A DNA stretch of 55,834 nucleotides, taken from assembly GCA_046726795.1 (NCBI GenBank), contig JBKPBH010000019.1:1-55834 (forward strand), in the 5' to 3' direction. The stretch is from Acidobacteriota bacterium. GTDB taxonomy: Bacteria > Acidobacteriota > Thermoanaerobaculia > UBA5066 > Gp7-AA6. Below, one piece after another: positions 43,176-52,673 of the stretch; the first letter of the stretch is position 1, and every line of letters begins with the position of its first letter. The notes beneath the pieces were generated by a model. The model had not been told where the DNA came from. It saw only the letters and a program-made list of their open reading frames with translations, and searched no databases. A program made the translations under genes and the position numbers.

Positions 43176-44713
43176 CCTCTCCCGCCGGGAACATCGTCGT
43201 CCTCGACTTCGGATCGCAATACACGCAGTTGATCGCCCGCCGCATCCGTGAGGCGCGGGTTTTTTCCGTGGTCCTCCCGCCGGCGGCTCCGGCGGAGGAG
43301 ATCCGCCGTTGGTCGCCCGCCGGAATCATCCTCTCGGGAGGGCCGCAGAGCGTCTACGAGGAGGGGGCCCCGAGACCCGCCGCGGACCCCTTCGGATTCG
43401 GCGTGCCGGTCCTCGGCGTGTGCTATGGCATGCAATGGATGGCGCTGGCCGCCGGCGGGAACGTCGTGGGGGGGCGCGGCCGCGAGTACGGCCGGGCAAC
43501 GGCGCGCCTGGCCGCCGACTCCAGGCTCTTCTATGGCCTCGAGCCCGAGCAGACCGTCTGGATGAGTCACGGAGACAGCGTCGCGGCGCCTCCCCCCGGC
43601 TTCAGGGTCACGGGCTCGACCTCCGAAAGCCCGATCGCGGCGTTCGAAGACTCCGAGCGTGGCTTCTACGCCGTCTGCTTCCACCCCGAGGTCCGGCACA
43701 CGGAGCACGGCTCCGAGATCCTCCAGAACTTTCTCTTCCGGGTCTGCGGCGTCAAACCCGAGTGGACGATGGATTCCTTCCGCCGCGAGAAGGTCGAAGC
43801 AATCCGCCGGCAGGCCCCGGCCGGCGCGGTGGTCTGTGCCCTCTCGGGCGGCGTGGATTCCTCGGTGACCGCGCTCCTCCTGCGCGAGGCGGTCGGCGAG
43901 CGGGTGCACCCGATCCTCGTGGACCATGGTCTCCTGCGGGCGCACGAACGCATCCAGGTCGAGGAAGCCTTCCGCCGCTTCGGTCTCGCGATCCGGGCGG
44001 TTGACGCCTCCGATCTCTTCCTCGAGAGGCTCTCCGGCGTCGAGGACCCGGAGGAGAAGAGGCGGATCATCGGCAGGAGCTTCATCGAGGTCTTCGAGCG
44101 GGAGGCGCGCGGCATTCCCGATGCCCGTTACCTCGCGCAGGGGACGCTCTATCCCGACGTCATCGAATCGGTCTCGATCAAGGGCCCCTCGCAGGTCATC
44201 AAGACACACCACAACGTGGGAGGCCTTCCCGAGAAGCTGGGCCTGGAACTGATCGAGCCTGTCCGCGAGCTCTTCAAGGACGAGGTGCGCCTGCTGGGTG
44301 CGGAGCTCGGCCTCCCGCGCGAGTTCCTGGCGCGCCATCCGTTTCCCGGACCGGGGCTCGCCGTGCGTATCCCCGGCCCGGTGACCCGGGAAAAGGTCGC
44401 AATTCTCCAGCGCGCCGACGAGATCGTGCTCGAGGAGATCCGCGCGGCGGGCCTCTACGACGCGATCTCCCAGGCCTTCGCCGTGCTTCTTCCGGTGCGC
44501 TCCGTCGGAGTGATGGGCGATAACCGCACTCACGAGTTCGTCCTGGCCGTGCGCGCCGTGCAGACCTCCGATTTCATGACCGCCGACTGGTTCCGCATGC
44601 CCCACGAGGTCCTGGACTCGATCGCCCGCCGCGTCGTCGGCACCGTCCGCGGGGTCAATCGCGTCGTCTACGACATCACGTCCAAGCCGCCCGCCACCAT
44701 CGAGTGGGAGTGA
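43172..44713 (+). CDS. guaA: GMP synthase (glutamine-hydrolysing)
   Basis: IVVLDFGSQYTQLIARRIRE, GVCYGMQ (GATase Cys), ALSGGVDSS (PP-loop) and a C-terminal ...TIEWE. Confidence 0.95.
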   Translation: MTSPAGNIVVLDFGSQYTQLIARRIREARVFSVVLPPAAPAEEIRRWSPAGIILSGGPQSVYEEGAPRPAADPFGFGVPVLGVCYGMQWMALAAGGNVVGGRGREYGRATARLAADSRLFYGLEPEQTVWMSHGDSVAAPPPGFRVTGSTSESPIAAFEDSERGFYAVCFHPEVRHTEHGSEILQNFLFRVCGVKPEWTMDSFRREKVEAIRRQAPAGAVVCALSGGVDSSVTALLLREAVGERVHPILVDHGLLRAHERIQVEEAFRRFGLAIRAVDASDLFLERLSGVEDPEEKRRIIGRSFIEVFEREARGIPDARYLAQGTLYPDVIESVSIKGPSQVIKTHHNVGGLPEKLGLELIEPVRELFKDEVRLLGAELGLPREFLARHPFPGPGLAVRIPGPVTREKVAILQRADEIVLEEIRAAGLYDAISQAFAVLLPVRSVGVMGDNRTHEFVLAVRAVQTSDFMTADWFRMPHEVLDSIARRVVGTVRGVNRVVYDITSKPPATIEWE

Positions 44714-44759
44714 GCGCGGAGAGCGCGGCGGACGTCGGGCGGGTCCTCCGTGAGTTGGA

Positions 44760-45839
44760 TCAGCCGCCGGGGGAGTCGAGGCAGCGGGCGATGGCATCGA
44801 GCCCGCGGCGGAGCTGATCGGTCGCCCCGCCGAAGGAGAGCCGGAAATGAGCGGGGGAGTCGAAGAAACGCCCCGGCGCCACGGCGACCCCGTGCTCCGC
44901 GAAGAGGCGGCGGACGAAAGGCTCGGCATTCCGGCGGTCGCGGAACCGGGGGAAGGCGATCGTCGCGCTGGAGGGGACGCATTCGAGTTCGACGCGGCCA
45001 GCGATGACGTCGGCCAAGACACGAGCGTTTGTCTCGATGAGGGTACGGGCGCGCTCCGCGAGGCGATCCAGGTGTCGAAACGCCAGGACTGCGAGGCGGT
45101 CTGAGGGGATCGGGCCCCAGACGTCCACGACATCGCGGGCGCGGCGGATGCGTTCCGCGACTTCCGGAGCGGCGAGCGCCCAGCCGCACCGAAGCGAGGC
45201 CAGCCCCCAGGATTTCGTCAGGCTGTTGGTCGAGATGAAGGCCGGCGAGAGGAGCGCCGCCGGAGGGTGCCTGTCTCCCAGCGCGGCGTCGAGATAGACC
45301 TCGTCGACGAGGACGAGGGCTCCGGCCTTCTCCGCGATGCCGCCGAGCGCGCGAAGAGCTTCGGCAGAGGCGAGGACTCCCGATGGATTGTGAGGGCTCG
45401 ACACGACGATCAGCCTGGTCTTCCCGCCGATCGCCGCGGCGATCCGCTCAGGATCGAGCGCGTAACCCTCTTCGAAGCGTCTCTCGAAGGACACAACGCT
45501 GGCGCCGAGCATCCGTGCCGTGGCGGCGAGAGGGTCGTAGGCGGGATGCTCCATCAGAACCTCGTCGCCGGTCTCGAGGATCGCCGCGCAGGCCAGAAAA
45601 TTCGCTCCGGAGCAGCCGCCCGCCGAGGCGACGCGGTCGGGCGTGACGCCGTAGCGCCGCGCGATGGCCTCGATGAGGGGCGGATAGCCGTCCGGGCTCT
45701 CGCCGGCGAGGTCCAGCGCCTCGCGCGCGCCGGGGAGGTCGTCGAGAGTGCAGGCGAGAAGGTTCGAGCCGGCCAGATCGACCTCGGGACGGGGGCGATG
45801 CCGGGCCCATTCCATATACGGGGCTCGGGCGCGGGTCAT
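44760..45839 (-). CDS. PLP-dependent aminotransferase, class I/II
   Basis: SPHNPSG, VDEVY and NSLTKSWGLASLRCGW (PLP-Lys / Arg motif). Confidence 0.85.
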   Translation of the reverse strand: MTRARAPYMEWARHRPRPEVDLAGSNLLACTLDDLPGAREALDLAGESPDGYPPLIEAIARRYGVTPDRVASAGGCSGANFLACAAILETGDEVLMEHPAYDPLAATARMLGASVVSFERRFEEGYALDPERIAAAIGGKTRLIVVSSPHNPSGVLASAEALRALGGIAEKAGALVLVDEVYLDAALGDRHPPAALLSPAFISTNSLTKSWGLASLRCGWALAAPEVAERIRRARDVVDVWGPIPSDRLAVLAFRHLDRLAERARTLIETNARVLADVIAGRVELECVPSSATIAFPRFRDRRNAEPFVRRLFAEHGVAVAPGRFFDSPAHFRLSFGGATDQLRRGLDAIARCLDSPGG

Positions 45840-47203
45840 CGGTCAGCCTTGTCGACGACGTGTGTCCGGCCCTCTGCCCCGGGAAGAGGAAGACGAGAGC
45901 GGCGATTCGCGTAGAAGAAATAGACGGGGACGCCGGTGGCGAGGAGGACCATGCCGATCAAGGAACGCTTCGGGTTCGAGGCCGCGGCGCTGGCGATCGC
46001 GGCGATGCCGGTCACGACGAAGAAGGCGGGGAACCAGGGGTAGCCAGGCGTGCGGAAGGAGCCGGCGGGACGCGCGGCGAGCGGGAAGCGGCGCCGGAAG
46101 AGAAACACCGCCGCAACGGTCAGGGTGAAGAAAATCCAGTCGCCGAAGACGACGGAGTCCACGAGGTCGGCGTACGTGCCGGTCAGGACGAGCACGACGC
46201 CCCAGGCGGCCTGGAGAACGATCGCGAGGGACGGAGTCTGGAATCGCGGGTGTAGCCGCCCGAGCCCTTCGAAGAAGAGCCGGTCCGCCCCCATCGCGTA
46301 GTAGATGCGAGTCTGAGCCAGGAGCGTCAGATCGAGGAAGCCGAAGGCCGACACCGTGATCGCTGCCGCGATCAAACGGTCAGCTCCGGGGCCGAAGATC
46401 CGGCGGACGGCGTCCGCCGCGGGCGTGGTCGTCGCGGCGAGGCCTTCGCGAGTCAGCGCCGAGAGGTATACAGCGTTGGCGAGCAGGTAGACCAGGATCA
46501 CGATCACGGTCCCGGCCACGAGGGCCAGGGGCAGCGTCCGCCGTGGCTCCCGCATTTCCTCCGCGATGATGTTGGCGCTCTGCCAGCCTCCGTAGGTGAA
46601 GAGGATCGGGATCAGCGCGGCGCCGAAGGCGACCACTCCCGAGCCGCCGGGAAAGGCCATGGAGGAGGCAGGAGCGGGGGAATGGTGGGAAAGGAACAGT
46701 CCGCCACCGATCAGGGCCGCGAGCGCGGCGATCTTGGCGAGCACGAGCACGTTCAACAGACGGCTGCCGGGCTTGACGCCGACATAGTTCACCGCCGCCA
46801 CCACCGCGATGGCCGCGATCGCCAAAGGCGCCGCCGGTGCCGCGCTCCCGCCAACCAGCCGCAGGGTGTACTGCGCGAACGCGATCGCGACGGCCGCAAG
46901 ACCGCCCCCCTGGATCATCAGGAGCGAGGCCCATCCGAAGAGGAACGCGACCCCGGGATGGTAAGCCTCGCGAAGGTACACGTACTCGCCTCCGGCCTTC
47001 GGGAAGAGGGCTCCCAGCTCCGCGAACGCGAAGGCCCCGGCGAGCGCGATCGCGCCTCCGACGACCCAGGCGGCGAGCACGAGACCTCCGGAGGAGAGCC
47101 GCTGCGCGACGATGTAGGGGTTGATGAAGATCCCGCTTCCGATGATCCCGCCGACGACGACCATCGTCGCGTCGAAGGGCCCGAGCGCGCGGCGGAAAGC
47201 CAT
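45836..47203 (-). CDS. APC family amino acid permease
   Basis: About 12 TM helices. N-terminal VVGGIIGSGIF motif typical of APC transporters. The stop overlaps the aminotransferase start by 4 nt. Confidence 0.88.
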   Translation of the reverse strand: MAFRRALGPFDATMVVVGGIIGSGIFINPYIVAQRLSSGGLVLAAWVVGGAIALAGAFAFAELGALFPKAGGEYVYLREAYHPGVAFLFGWASLLMIQGGGLAAVAIAFAQYTLRLVGGSAAPAAPLAIAAIAVVAAVNYVGVKPGSRLLNVLVLAKIAALAALIGGGLFLSHHSPAPASSMAFPGGSGVVAFGAALIPILFTYGGWQSANIIAEEMREPRRTLPLALVAGTVIVILVYLLANAVYLSALTREGLAATTTPAADAVRRIFGPGADRLIAAAITVSAFGFLDLTLLAQTRIYYAMGADRLFFEGLGRLHPRFQTPSLAIVLQAAWGVVLVLTGTYADLVDSVVFGDWIFFTLTVAAVFLFRRRFPLAARPAGSFRTPGYPWFPAFFVVTGIAAIASAAASNPKRSLIGMVLLATGVPVYFFYANRRSRLPLPGAEGRTHVVDKADR

Positions 47204-47213
47204 CGCGGCAGAT

Positions 47214-47229
47214 CGTAAAACGTTTTACG
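47214..47229. promoter_or_regulatory. perfect 16-bp palindrome CGTAAAACGTTTTACG overlapping the permease -10-like box (candidate operator)
   Basis: Direct reading. The minus-strand TACGAT hexamer (47212-47217) lies 8 nt upstream of ATG 47203 and sits inside the palindrome. The palindrome uses the same CGTAAAA word as the 5643-5722 element. Confidence 0.4.
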
Positions 47230-47303
47230 GCCCTTTCGGTCGAGCCATTCTCTTCTCGAAGCGTGGGACATCAATTGGCCAGGATGTGTCTTACAATCGT
47301 TCG

Positions 47304-50300
47304 GTGCCCGGCGACTTCGTCCATCTCCACCTTCACAGTCAGTACTCCCTGCTCGACGGCGCCAACCGGCTGCCGGAGCTGTGCCGGCGGGTACGCGAGC
47401 TCGGCATGCCGGCCGTGGCCGTCACCGATCACGGCAACATGTTCGGGGCCTTCGCCTTCTACCACGAGGCCTTAAAGCACGGCGTCCGGCCGATCATCGG
47501 GGTCGAGGCCTACATCGCCCCGGGCGACCGCCGGGACCGCGAAGCGCAGGCGGCGAGCGAGTCGGGAGAGGGGTACGCCTATCACCTGACGATCCTGGCG
47601 GCCACCCAGGCGGGGTACAGAAACCTCGTCCGCCTAGTCTCCGAAGCCTACTTGACCGGCTTCTATCACCGCCCACGAATGGACAAGGCCCTCCTGCGCC
47701 AGCATGCCGAGGGCCTGATCGGCCTCTCCGGGTGTCTGAAGGGGGAAGTGGCCGGAGCCCTCGTGCGCGGCAACTATGCCGCCGCCAAGAAGGCCTTCCT
47801 CGAGTACGAGGAGATCTTCGGCAAGGGGAACTTCTTCGTCGAGATCATGGACCACGGGCTGCCGCAGCAGACGGCGATCGTGCCGGACCTGCTCCGGCTC
47901 TCCTCGGAGACCGGCGCCGCCGCCGTCGCGACCAACGACAGCCACTACTTGAACCGCGAGGACGCCGACGCCCACGAAGTCCTGCTCTGCATCGGCATGG
48001 GCAAGACGCTCGAGGACGAGCAGAGAATGCGCTTCTACAACGACCAGTTCTACGTCAAGAGCCCGGAGGAGATGAAGTCGCGCTTCCAGAACTGGAGCGG
48101 CGAAGCCGTCGCCAATTCGGTCGCGATCGCCGAGCGCTGCGCGATCGCCTTCGACACGGAAGGGCTGCACCTGCCGAGCTTCTCGGCTCCCGCCGGAAAG
48201 ACCCCGGCCGAACACTTTGCCGCCCTCTCCCGCGAGGGGCTGGAGAAGCGGCTCGCGGGGGGCGAAGGCGATCCGGCAATCGCCGTCGAGAAGTATCGCG
48301 AGCGGCTCGAGTACGAGATCGGCGTCGTCGAGAAGATGGGCTTCCCCTCCTACTTCCTGATCGTCTCGGACTTCATCGGGTTCGCCAAGGGGAGGGGGAT
48401 CTCGGTCGGGCCCGGGCGGGGCAGCGCCGCCGGCTCGATGGTGGCCTGGTCTCTGGGAATCACGGAGATCGATCCTCTCAAGTACGACCTGCTCTTCGAA
48501 CGGTTCCTGAACCCCGAGCGCATTTCGATGCCGGACATCGACATCGACTTCTGCCAGGCCCGCCGCGGCGAGGTCATCGACTACGTCACGAGGAAGTACG
48601 GGAGGGAGAACGTCGCGCAGATCGTGACGTTTTCGCAATTGAAGCCGAAGCTCGCGGTCCGGGACGTGGCGCGGGTGCTCTCTCTTCCGATCGCGCTCGG
48701 CGACCGGATCGCCAAGCTCGTCCCGGATGGCCCCGACGTCAACTTCAAGAAGGCGATGGAGGAGTCGCCCGCCCTCCGGGAGGCGGTCGAGTCCGACCCA
48801 GCGGTCCGGAGAGTCGTCAAGATCGCCGAGCGCCTCGAGGGGCTGTCGCGGCACGCCGGGATGCACGCGGCGGGCGTCGTGATCGCGCCGCGGCCGATCA
48901 TCGAATACCTCCCGCTCTACCGCACGAGCAAGGACGAGATCACGACGCAGTTCGACATGAACGCCGTCGAGAAGATGGGGCTGCTCAAGATCGACTTCCT
49001 CGGCCTGATCACGCTCGACATCATCGACGAGACAATCGCCGCGGTTCGCGAACGAACCGGCGAGACGCTCCCGATGGACCGCCTGCCCTTAGACGACGAG
49101 AAGACCTACGAGCTCTTCCGTTCCGGCCGGACCGCCTGCGTCTTTCAGTTCGATTCTTCGGGCATGCGGGACCTGCTGCGGCGAGCCAAGCCCAGGGTCT
49201 TCGCGGACCTGGCGGCTCTGAACGCCCTTTACCGGCCCGGCGCGCTCGACGCGGGCACGGTCGAGGAGTACGTGCGGCGCAGGAACGGAACGAGCAAGGT
49301 CACCTATCCTCTTCCGGAGATTCAGGAGATTCTCCAGGAGACGCTCGGCATCCTCGTCTACCAGGAACAGGTCATGCAGATCGCCCAGCGGGTCGCCGGC
49401 TACTCGCTGGCCGAGGCCGACCTCCTGCGCAAGGCGATCGGCAAGAAAAAACGCGAGATCATGGCCGCGGAGGGAAAGAAGTTCTTCGACCGCGCCAAGA
49501 AACACGGGACGCCTCCCAAGAAAGTCGAAGAGCTCTGGGGCCTGATCGAGCCCTTCGCCCGTTACGGATTCCCCAAGGCCCACGCGGTCGCCTACGCGCT
49601 CGTGGCCTACAAGACGGCCTATCTCAAGGCGCACTACCCGGTCGACTTCCTCGCGGCGACGCTTTCCGCGGAGATCGGTTCGACCGACGGGATCGTGAAG
49701 GTCATCGGAGACTGCGTGGAATGCGGAATTTCCGTGCTTCCGCCGGACATCAACGAGTCCCGCCAGAAGTTCACCGGCGTCGGCTCGGCGATCCGGTTCG
49801 GGCTCGCCGCGATCAAGGGAGTGGGGGAGGCGGCGGCCGAGGCCATCCTCGAGGAGCGGCGCAAAGGCTCCTTCCGCTCCTTCACGGACTTCGCCCTGCG
49901 CCTGGACTCCCACCTCGTCACCAAACGCACCCTGGACGCCCTCATCGCCGCCGGCGCCTTCGATTCGCTCGGAAACAACCGTGCGACGCTCTCGGGAGCC
50001 TCGGAGCGGGTCCTCACCCAGGCGGCCCGGATGCGGGAGGAGGCGGAGAGCGGCCAGTCGAGTCTCTTTTCGGGCGGGCCGGCGCAAGCGGACTCGGGCG
50101 ACGACACGTTTTCCGGCCTGCCGGAGTGGTCGCTCGAGGAGAGACTCAAGGGAGAGAAGGAAGTCCTCGGCTTTTACGTCACCGGTCATCCCCTGGCGCG
50201 CTTCGCCGAGCCGATCGAGAAATTTGCGGATGCCAGGGTCTCGGACTTTTCCTCGAAGGTGGACCGGACGGTGCGTGTCGGGGGCGTCCTCGTTTCCTTG

Positions 50301-50780
50301 AAAAAGCAGAAGATCAAGAAGGGTTTGAATGAAGGCAAGACCATGTTGAAGGCGGTCCTCGAGGATATGACGGGCAGCGTGCCCGTCGCGATCTTCGCCA
50401 GCCTCTACGAGCGGGTCGAGTCCTGGGTCACGGCCGATCTGCCCGTCCTCGTCACCGGAACCGTCCGGGAAGCGGGATCCGCCTTCGAAATGACTGTGCA
50501 GGACATCACGCCGCTCGAAGGGATCTCCGAGCGCCTGGCGCGCTCGATGCAGATCCGGGTGAACCTCGCGTTCGCCGACGAAAGAGTGCTCGCGCGCTTG
50601 AAGGACAGCCTGAAGTCCCATCCGGGCACGACACCCGTCTCGATCCGGCTCTTCCGCCCGGGGGAGTTCGAGGCGACCCTGAAGGCCGCGGACTCCATGC
50701 GGATCGCTCCCTCGCCGCACCTGACGAGCGAGATTCGGGCGCTCGCGGGGGAAGACTCGGTGGAATACGTGTTTGAGTGA
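47304..50780 (+). CDS. dnaE: DNA polymerase III subunit alpha
   Basis: PHP domain FVHLHLHSQYSLLDG and AVTDHGNMFG; polymerase core GPGRGSAAGS and PDIDIDF; OB-fold C-terminus. Start is GTG 47304 (TACAAT 6 nt upstream) or GTG 47286. Upstream of these, track ORF 47121..50780 is shadow sequence. Confidence 0.93.
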   Translation: MPGDFVHLHLHSQYSLLDGANRLPELCRRVRELGMPAVAVTDHGNMFGAFAFYHEALKHGVRPIIGVEAYIAPGDRRDREAQAASESGEGYAYHLTILAATQAGYRNLVRLVSEAYLTGFYHRPRMDKALLRQHAEGLIGLSGCLKGEVAGALVRGNYAAAKKAFLEYEEIFGKGNFFVEIMDHGLPQQTAIVPDLLRLSSETGAAAVATNDSHYLNREDADAHEVLLCIGMGKTLEDEQRMRFYNDQFYVKSPEEMKSRFQNWSGEAVANSVAIAERCAIAFDTEGLHLPSFSAPAGKTPAEHFAALSREGLEKRLAGGEGDPAIAVEKYRERLEYEIGVVEKMGFPSYFLIVSDFIGFAKGRGISVGPGRGSAAGSMVAWSLGITEIDPLKYDLLFERFLNPERISMPDIDIDFCQARRGEVIDYVTRKYGRENVAQIVTFSQLKPKLAVRDVARVLSLPIALGDRIAKLVPDGPDVNFKKAMEESPALREAVESDPAVRRVVKIAERLEGLSRHAGMHAAGVVIAPRPIIEYLPLYRTSKDEITTQFDMNAVEKMGLLKIDFLGLITLDIIDETIAAVRERTGETLPMDRLPLDDEKTYELFRSGRTACVFQFDSSGMRDLLRRAKPRVFADLAALNALYRPGALDAGTVEEYVRRRNGTSKVTYPLPEIQEILQETLGILVYQEQVMQIAQRVAGYSLAEADLLRKAIGKKKREIMAAEGKKFFDRAKKHGTPPKKVEELWGLIEPFARYGFPKAHAVAYALVAYKTAYLKAHYPVDFLAATLSAEIGSTDGIVKVIGDCVECGISVLPPDINESRQKFTGVGSAIRFGLAAIKGVGEAAAEAILEERRKGSFRSFTDFALRLDSHLVTKRTLDALIAAGAFDSLGNNRATLSGASERVLTQAARMREEAESGQSSLFSGGPAQADSGDDTFSGLPEWSLEERLKGEKEVLGFYVTGHPLARFAEPIEKFADARVSDFSSKVDRTVRVGGVLVSLKKQKIKKGLNEGKTMLKAVLEDMTGSVPVAIFASLYERVESWVTADLPVLVTGTVREAGSAFEMTVQDITPLEGISERLARSMQIRVNLAFADERVLARLKDSLKSHPGTTPVSIRLFRPGEFEATLKAADSMRIAPSPHLTSEIRALAGEDSVEYVFE

Positions 50781-52050
50781 CGGGCGGCGGGCGGGCGGCG
50801 TAAGGCGGAAGGCGGGACGACGCCAGACGGCCGACCCGAGCCGATTTCCGCCCGCCCTGAGGAAGAAGATCGCCGCGGCGAAGCGGCTGGCCGCGCGAAG
50901 GAAAGTGGCGCTGTATCTCGTGGGGGGAGCGGTGAGGGACCTTCTTCTCGGGCGGGCGGCTGTGGACGTGGATCTGGCGGTCGAGGGGGACGGCGTCGCG
51001 TTTGGACGGGCTCTGGCCCGTCAGCTCGGCGCGAGAGCGCGCGTCCACCAGCAGTTCGGCACGGCGGCTCTCGAGCTCGCGGACGGCTCGCGCATCGACA
51101 TCGCCTCGACGCGGGCCGAGACCTACGAGGTGGCCGGAGCGCTTCCGCGCGTGTCGCGGAGCTCTCTCGCGCCGGACCTGGCACGGCGGGACTTCACCAT
51201 CAACGCGATGGCCCTCCGGATCTCTCCGGGCCGGCCGGCGCTCGTCGATCCGTTCGGCGGCAGAGGGGACATCGAGAGGAGACTCATCCGGATGCTGCAC
51301 CCCGGATCCCCGAAGGACGATCCGACTCGCGCCTTTCGCGCGGTACGCTACGCCAACCGCCTCGGATTCCGGATCGAGTCGAAGACGCGGGACTGGATCG
51401 CGGGGGCTCTCGAGTCCGGCGCCTTCGAGGCGATCTCGGGAGACCGGCTCCGGCGGGAGCTCGTTCTTCTGTTCTCGGAGGAGAACCGCGCCCGCGCCGT
51501 CGCACTGCTCCTCCGGATCGGTCTCTTCCGCGCTCTCGAACCGACCGTGTCCCGGGACCGGAGACTTCTCTCGAGCCTGCGGCGAGCCGAGAAGATCGCG
51601 GGGCGGCATCCGGGAAAGACGACCTGGTTCCTCTATCTGCTCGTCTGGGCGGGGGGCCTGGATGACGCGGGCGTTCTGCGGCTCTGCCGCAGGCTCGCGC
51701 TCGCGGGAGGGGACGAGGCGGCTCTCCTGCTGTGGCCAGCGACTCTCGCGGGCCTGACGGCTGAGGCCTCCAGGATCACGCCCTCCCACGCGCTCGGGCG
51801 CGGTCTCTCGGGGGACGAAATCGGCGCGGCCGCCGCTCTCACGGCAAGCCGCCGGCTCGAGCGGGCGCTCGCGGCCCTGGAGACCCGGCTCGCAGTGCGG
51901 GGACGAGACCTGCTCGCGGCCGGCGTGCCCGCTGGTCCGCGCGTCGGGCGGGCCCTCCGGGCCACGCTTGCCGCGCTCCGGGACGGCCGGATCTCTCGCA
52001 AGGAAGAGCTCGCCTTCGCCCTCCGCGCAGCGCTCTCGGAGGCTTCGTGA
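50773..52050 (+). CDS. CCA-adding enzyme / poly(A) polymerase family nucleotidyltransferase
   Basis: LYLVGGAVRDLLLGR..VDVDLAV head-domain motif and RDFTINAM. The start is uncertain: a heptamer-repeat hairpin occupies the first about 28 codons. Confidence 0.8.
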   Translation: MSDGRRAGGVRRKAGRRQTADPSRFPPALRKKIAAAKRLAARRKVALYLVGGAVRDLLLGRAAVDVDLAVEGDGVAFGRALARQLGARARVHQQFGTAALELADGSRIDIASTRAETYEVAGALPRVSRSSLAPDLARRDFTINAMALRISPGRPALVDPFGGRGDIERRLIRMLHPGSPKDDPTRAFRAVRYANRLGFRIESKTRDWIAGALESGAFEAISGDRLRRELVLLFSEENRARAVALLLRIGLFRALEPTVSRDRRLLSSLRRAEKIAGRHPGKTTWFLYLLVWAGGLDDAGVLRLCRRLALAGGDEAALLLWPATLAGLTAEASRITPSHALGRGLSGDEIGAAAALTASRRLERALAALETRLAVRGRDLLAAGVPAGPRVGRALRATLAALRDGRISRKEELAFALRAALSEAS

Positions 52051-52673
52051 CGGCCTGGCTCCTGGCGCTCGCGATGGCCTCGATGACCCCGGCGGAAGAG
52101 CCGAAGGGCGTCCCGACCTTCTGCGCCGAATGGGTGCGCCAGTCCAATCAGGGCTATGAGCGCCTGACCGTCTTCGCCGACCGCACGCTGGTCTGGAAGA
52201 CGTCCTGGAGGGGGACCACGGAGGTGCGCCGCCAGAAGCTCCAGCCGGAAGAGCTCTCGTTCTACTGCGAGTACTTTCGCCGGCAGGAACTGTGGGACCT
52301 CAAAGACGACCTTCGCACGGGCTTGTCGGGAGAGCTCGCGGTGCAGTCGGTGCTGACCCTCGCCCGGCCCGGCGGCTTCCGCAAGCGGATCCGCTTCGAC
52401 GACCTCTCGCCGCTGCCGGCCGAAGCGGCGTCCGTGCGATCCGCGCTCGAAGGCCTGAAGCTCGCGATGCTCGCCCCGCTCGCGCCCGCCTCGCGGTTCA
52501 CGGCGGACCGGCTCGCACCGGGCACGCTGCTCAAGAGGTTCGACGGCGCGGTCTTCCGGGTCCGCCAGCTCGTTCCCGAGAAGGGGATTGTCGAGCTCGA
52601 AGGGGTCCGGGAGCCTTACAGCGAGTTCAAGCGAATCGAGGAGCTGCGCTTCCAGTTCTCGCCTCCGGAATGA
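52047..52673 (+). CDS. hypothetical protein (putative secreted)
   Basis: The GTG start overlaps the upstream stop (GTGA), and the stop overlaps the rsmD start (ATGA). The N-terminus is hydrophobic. No recognisable motif. Confidence 0.5.
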   Translation: MTAWLLALAMASMTPAEEPKGVPTFCAEWVRQSNQGYERLTVFADRTLVWKTSWRGTTEVRRQKLQPEELSFYCEYFRRQELWDLKDDLRTGLSGELAVQSVLTLARPGGFRKRIRFDDLSPLPAEAASVRSALEGLKLAMLAPLAPASRFTADRLAPGTLLKRFDGAVFRVRQLVPEKGIVELEGVREPYSEFKRIEELRFQFSPPE

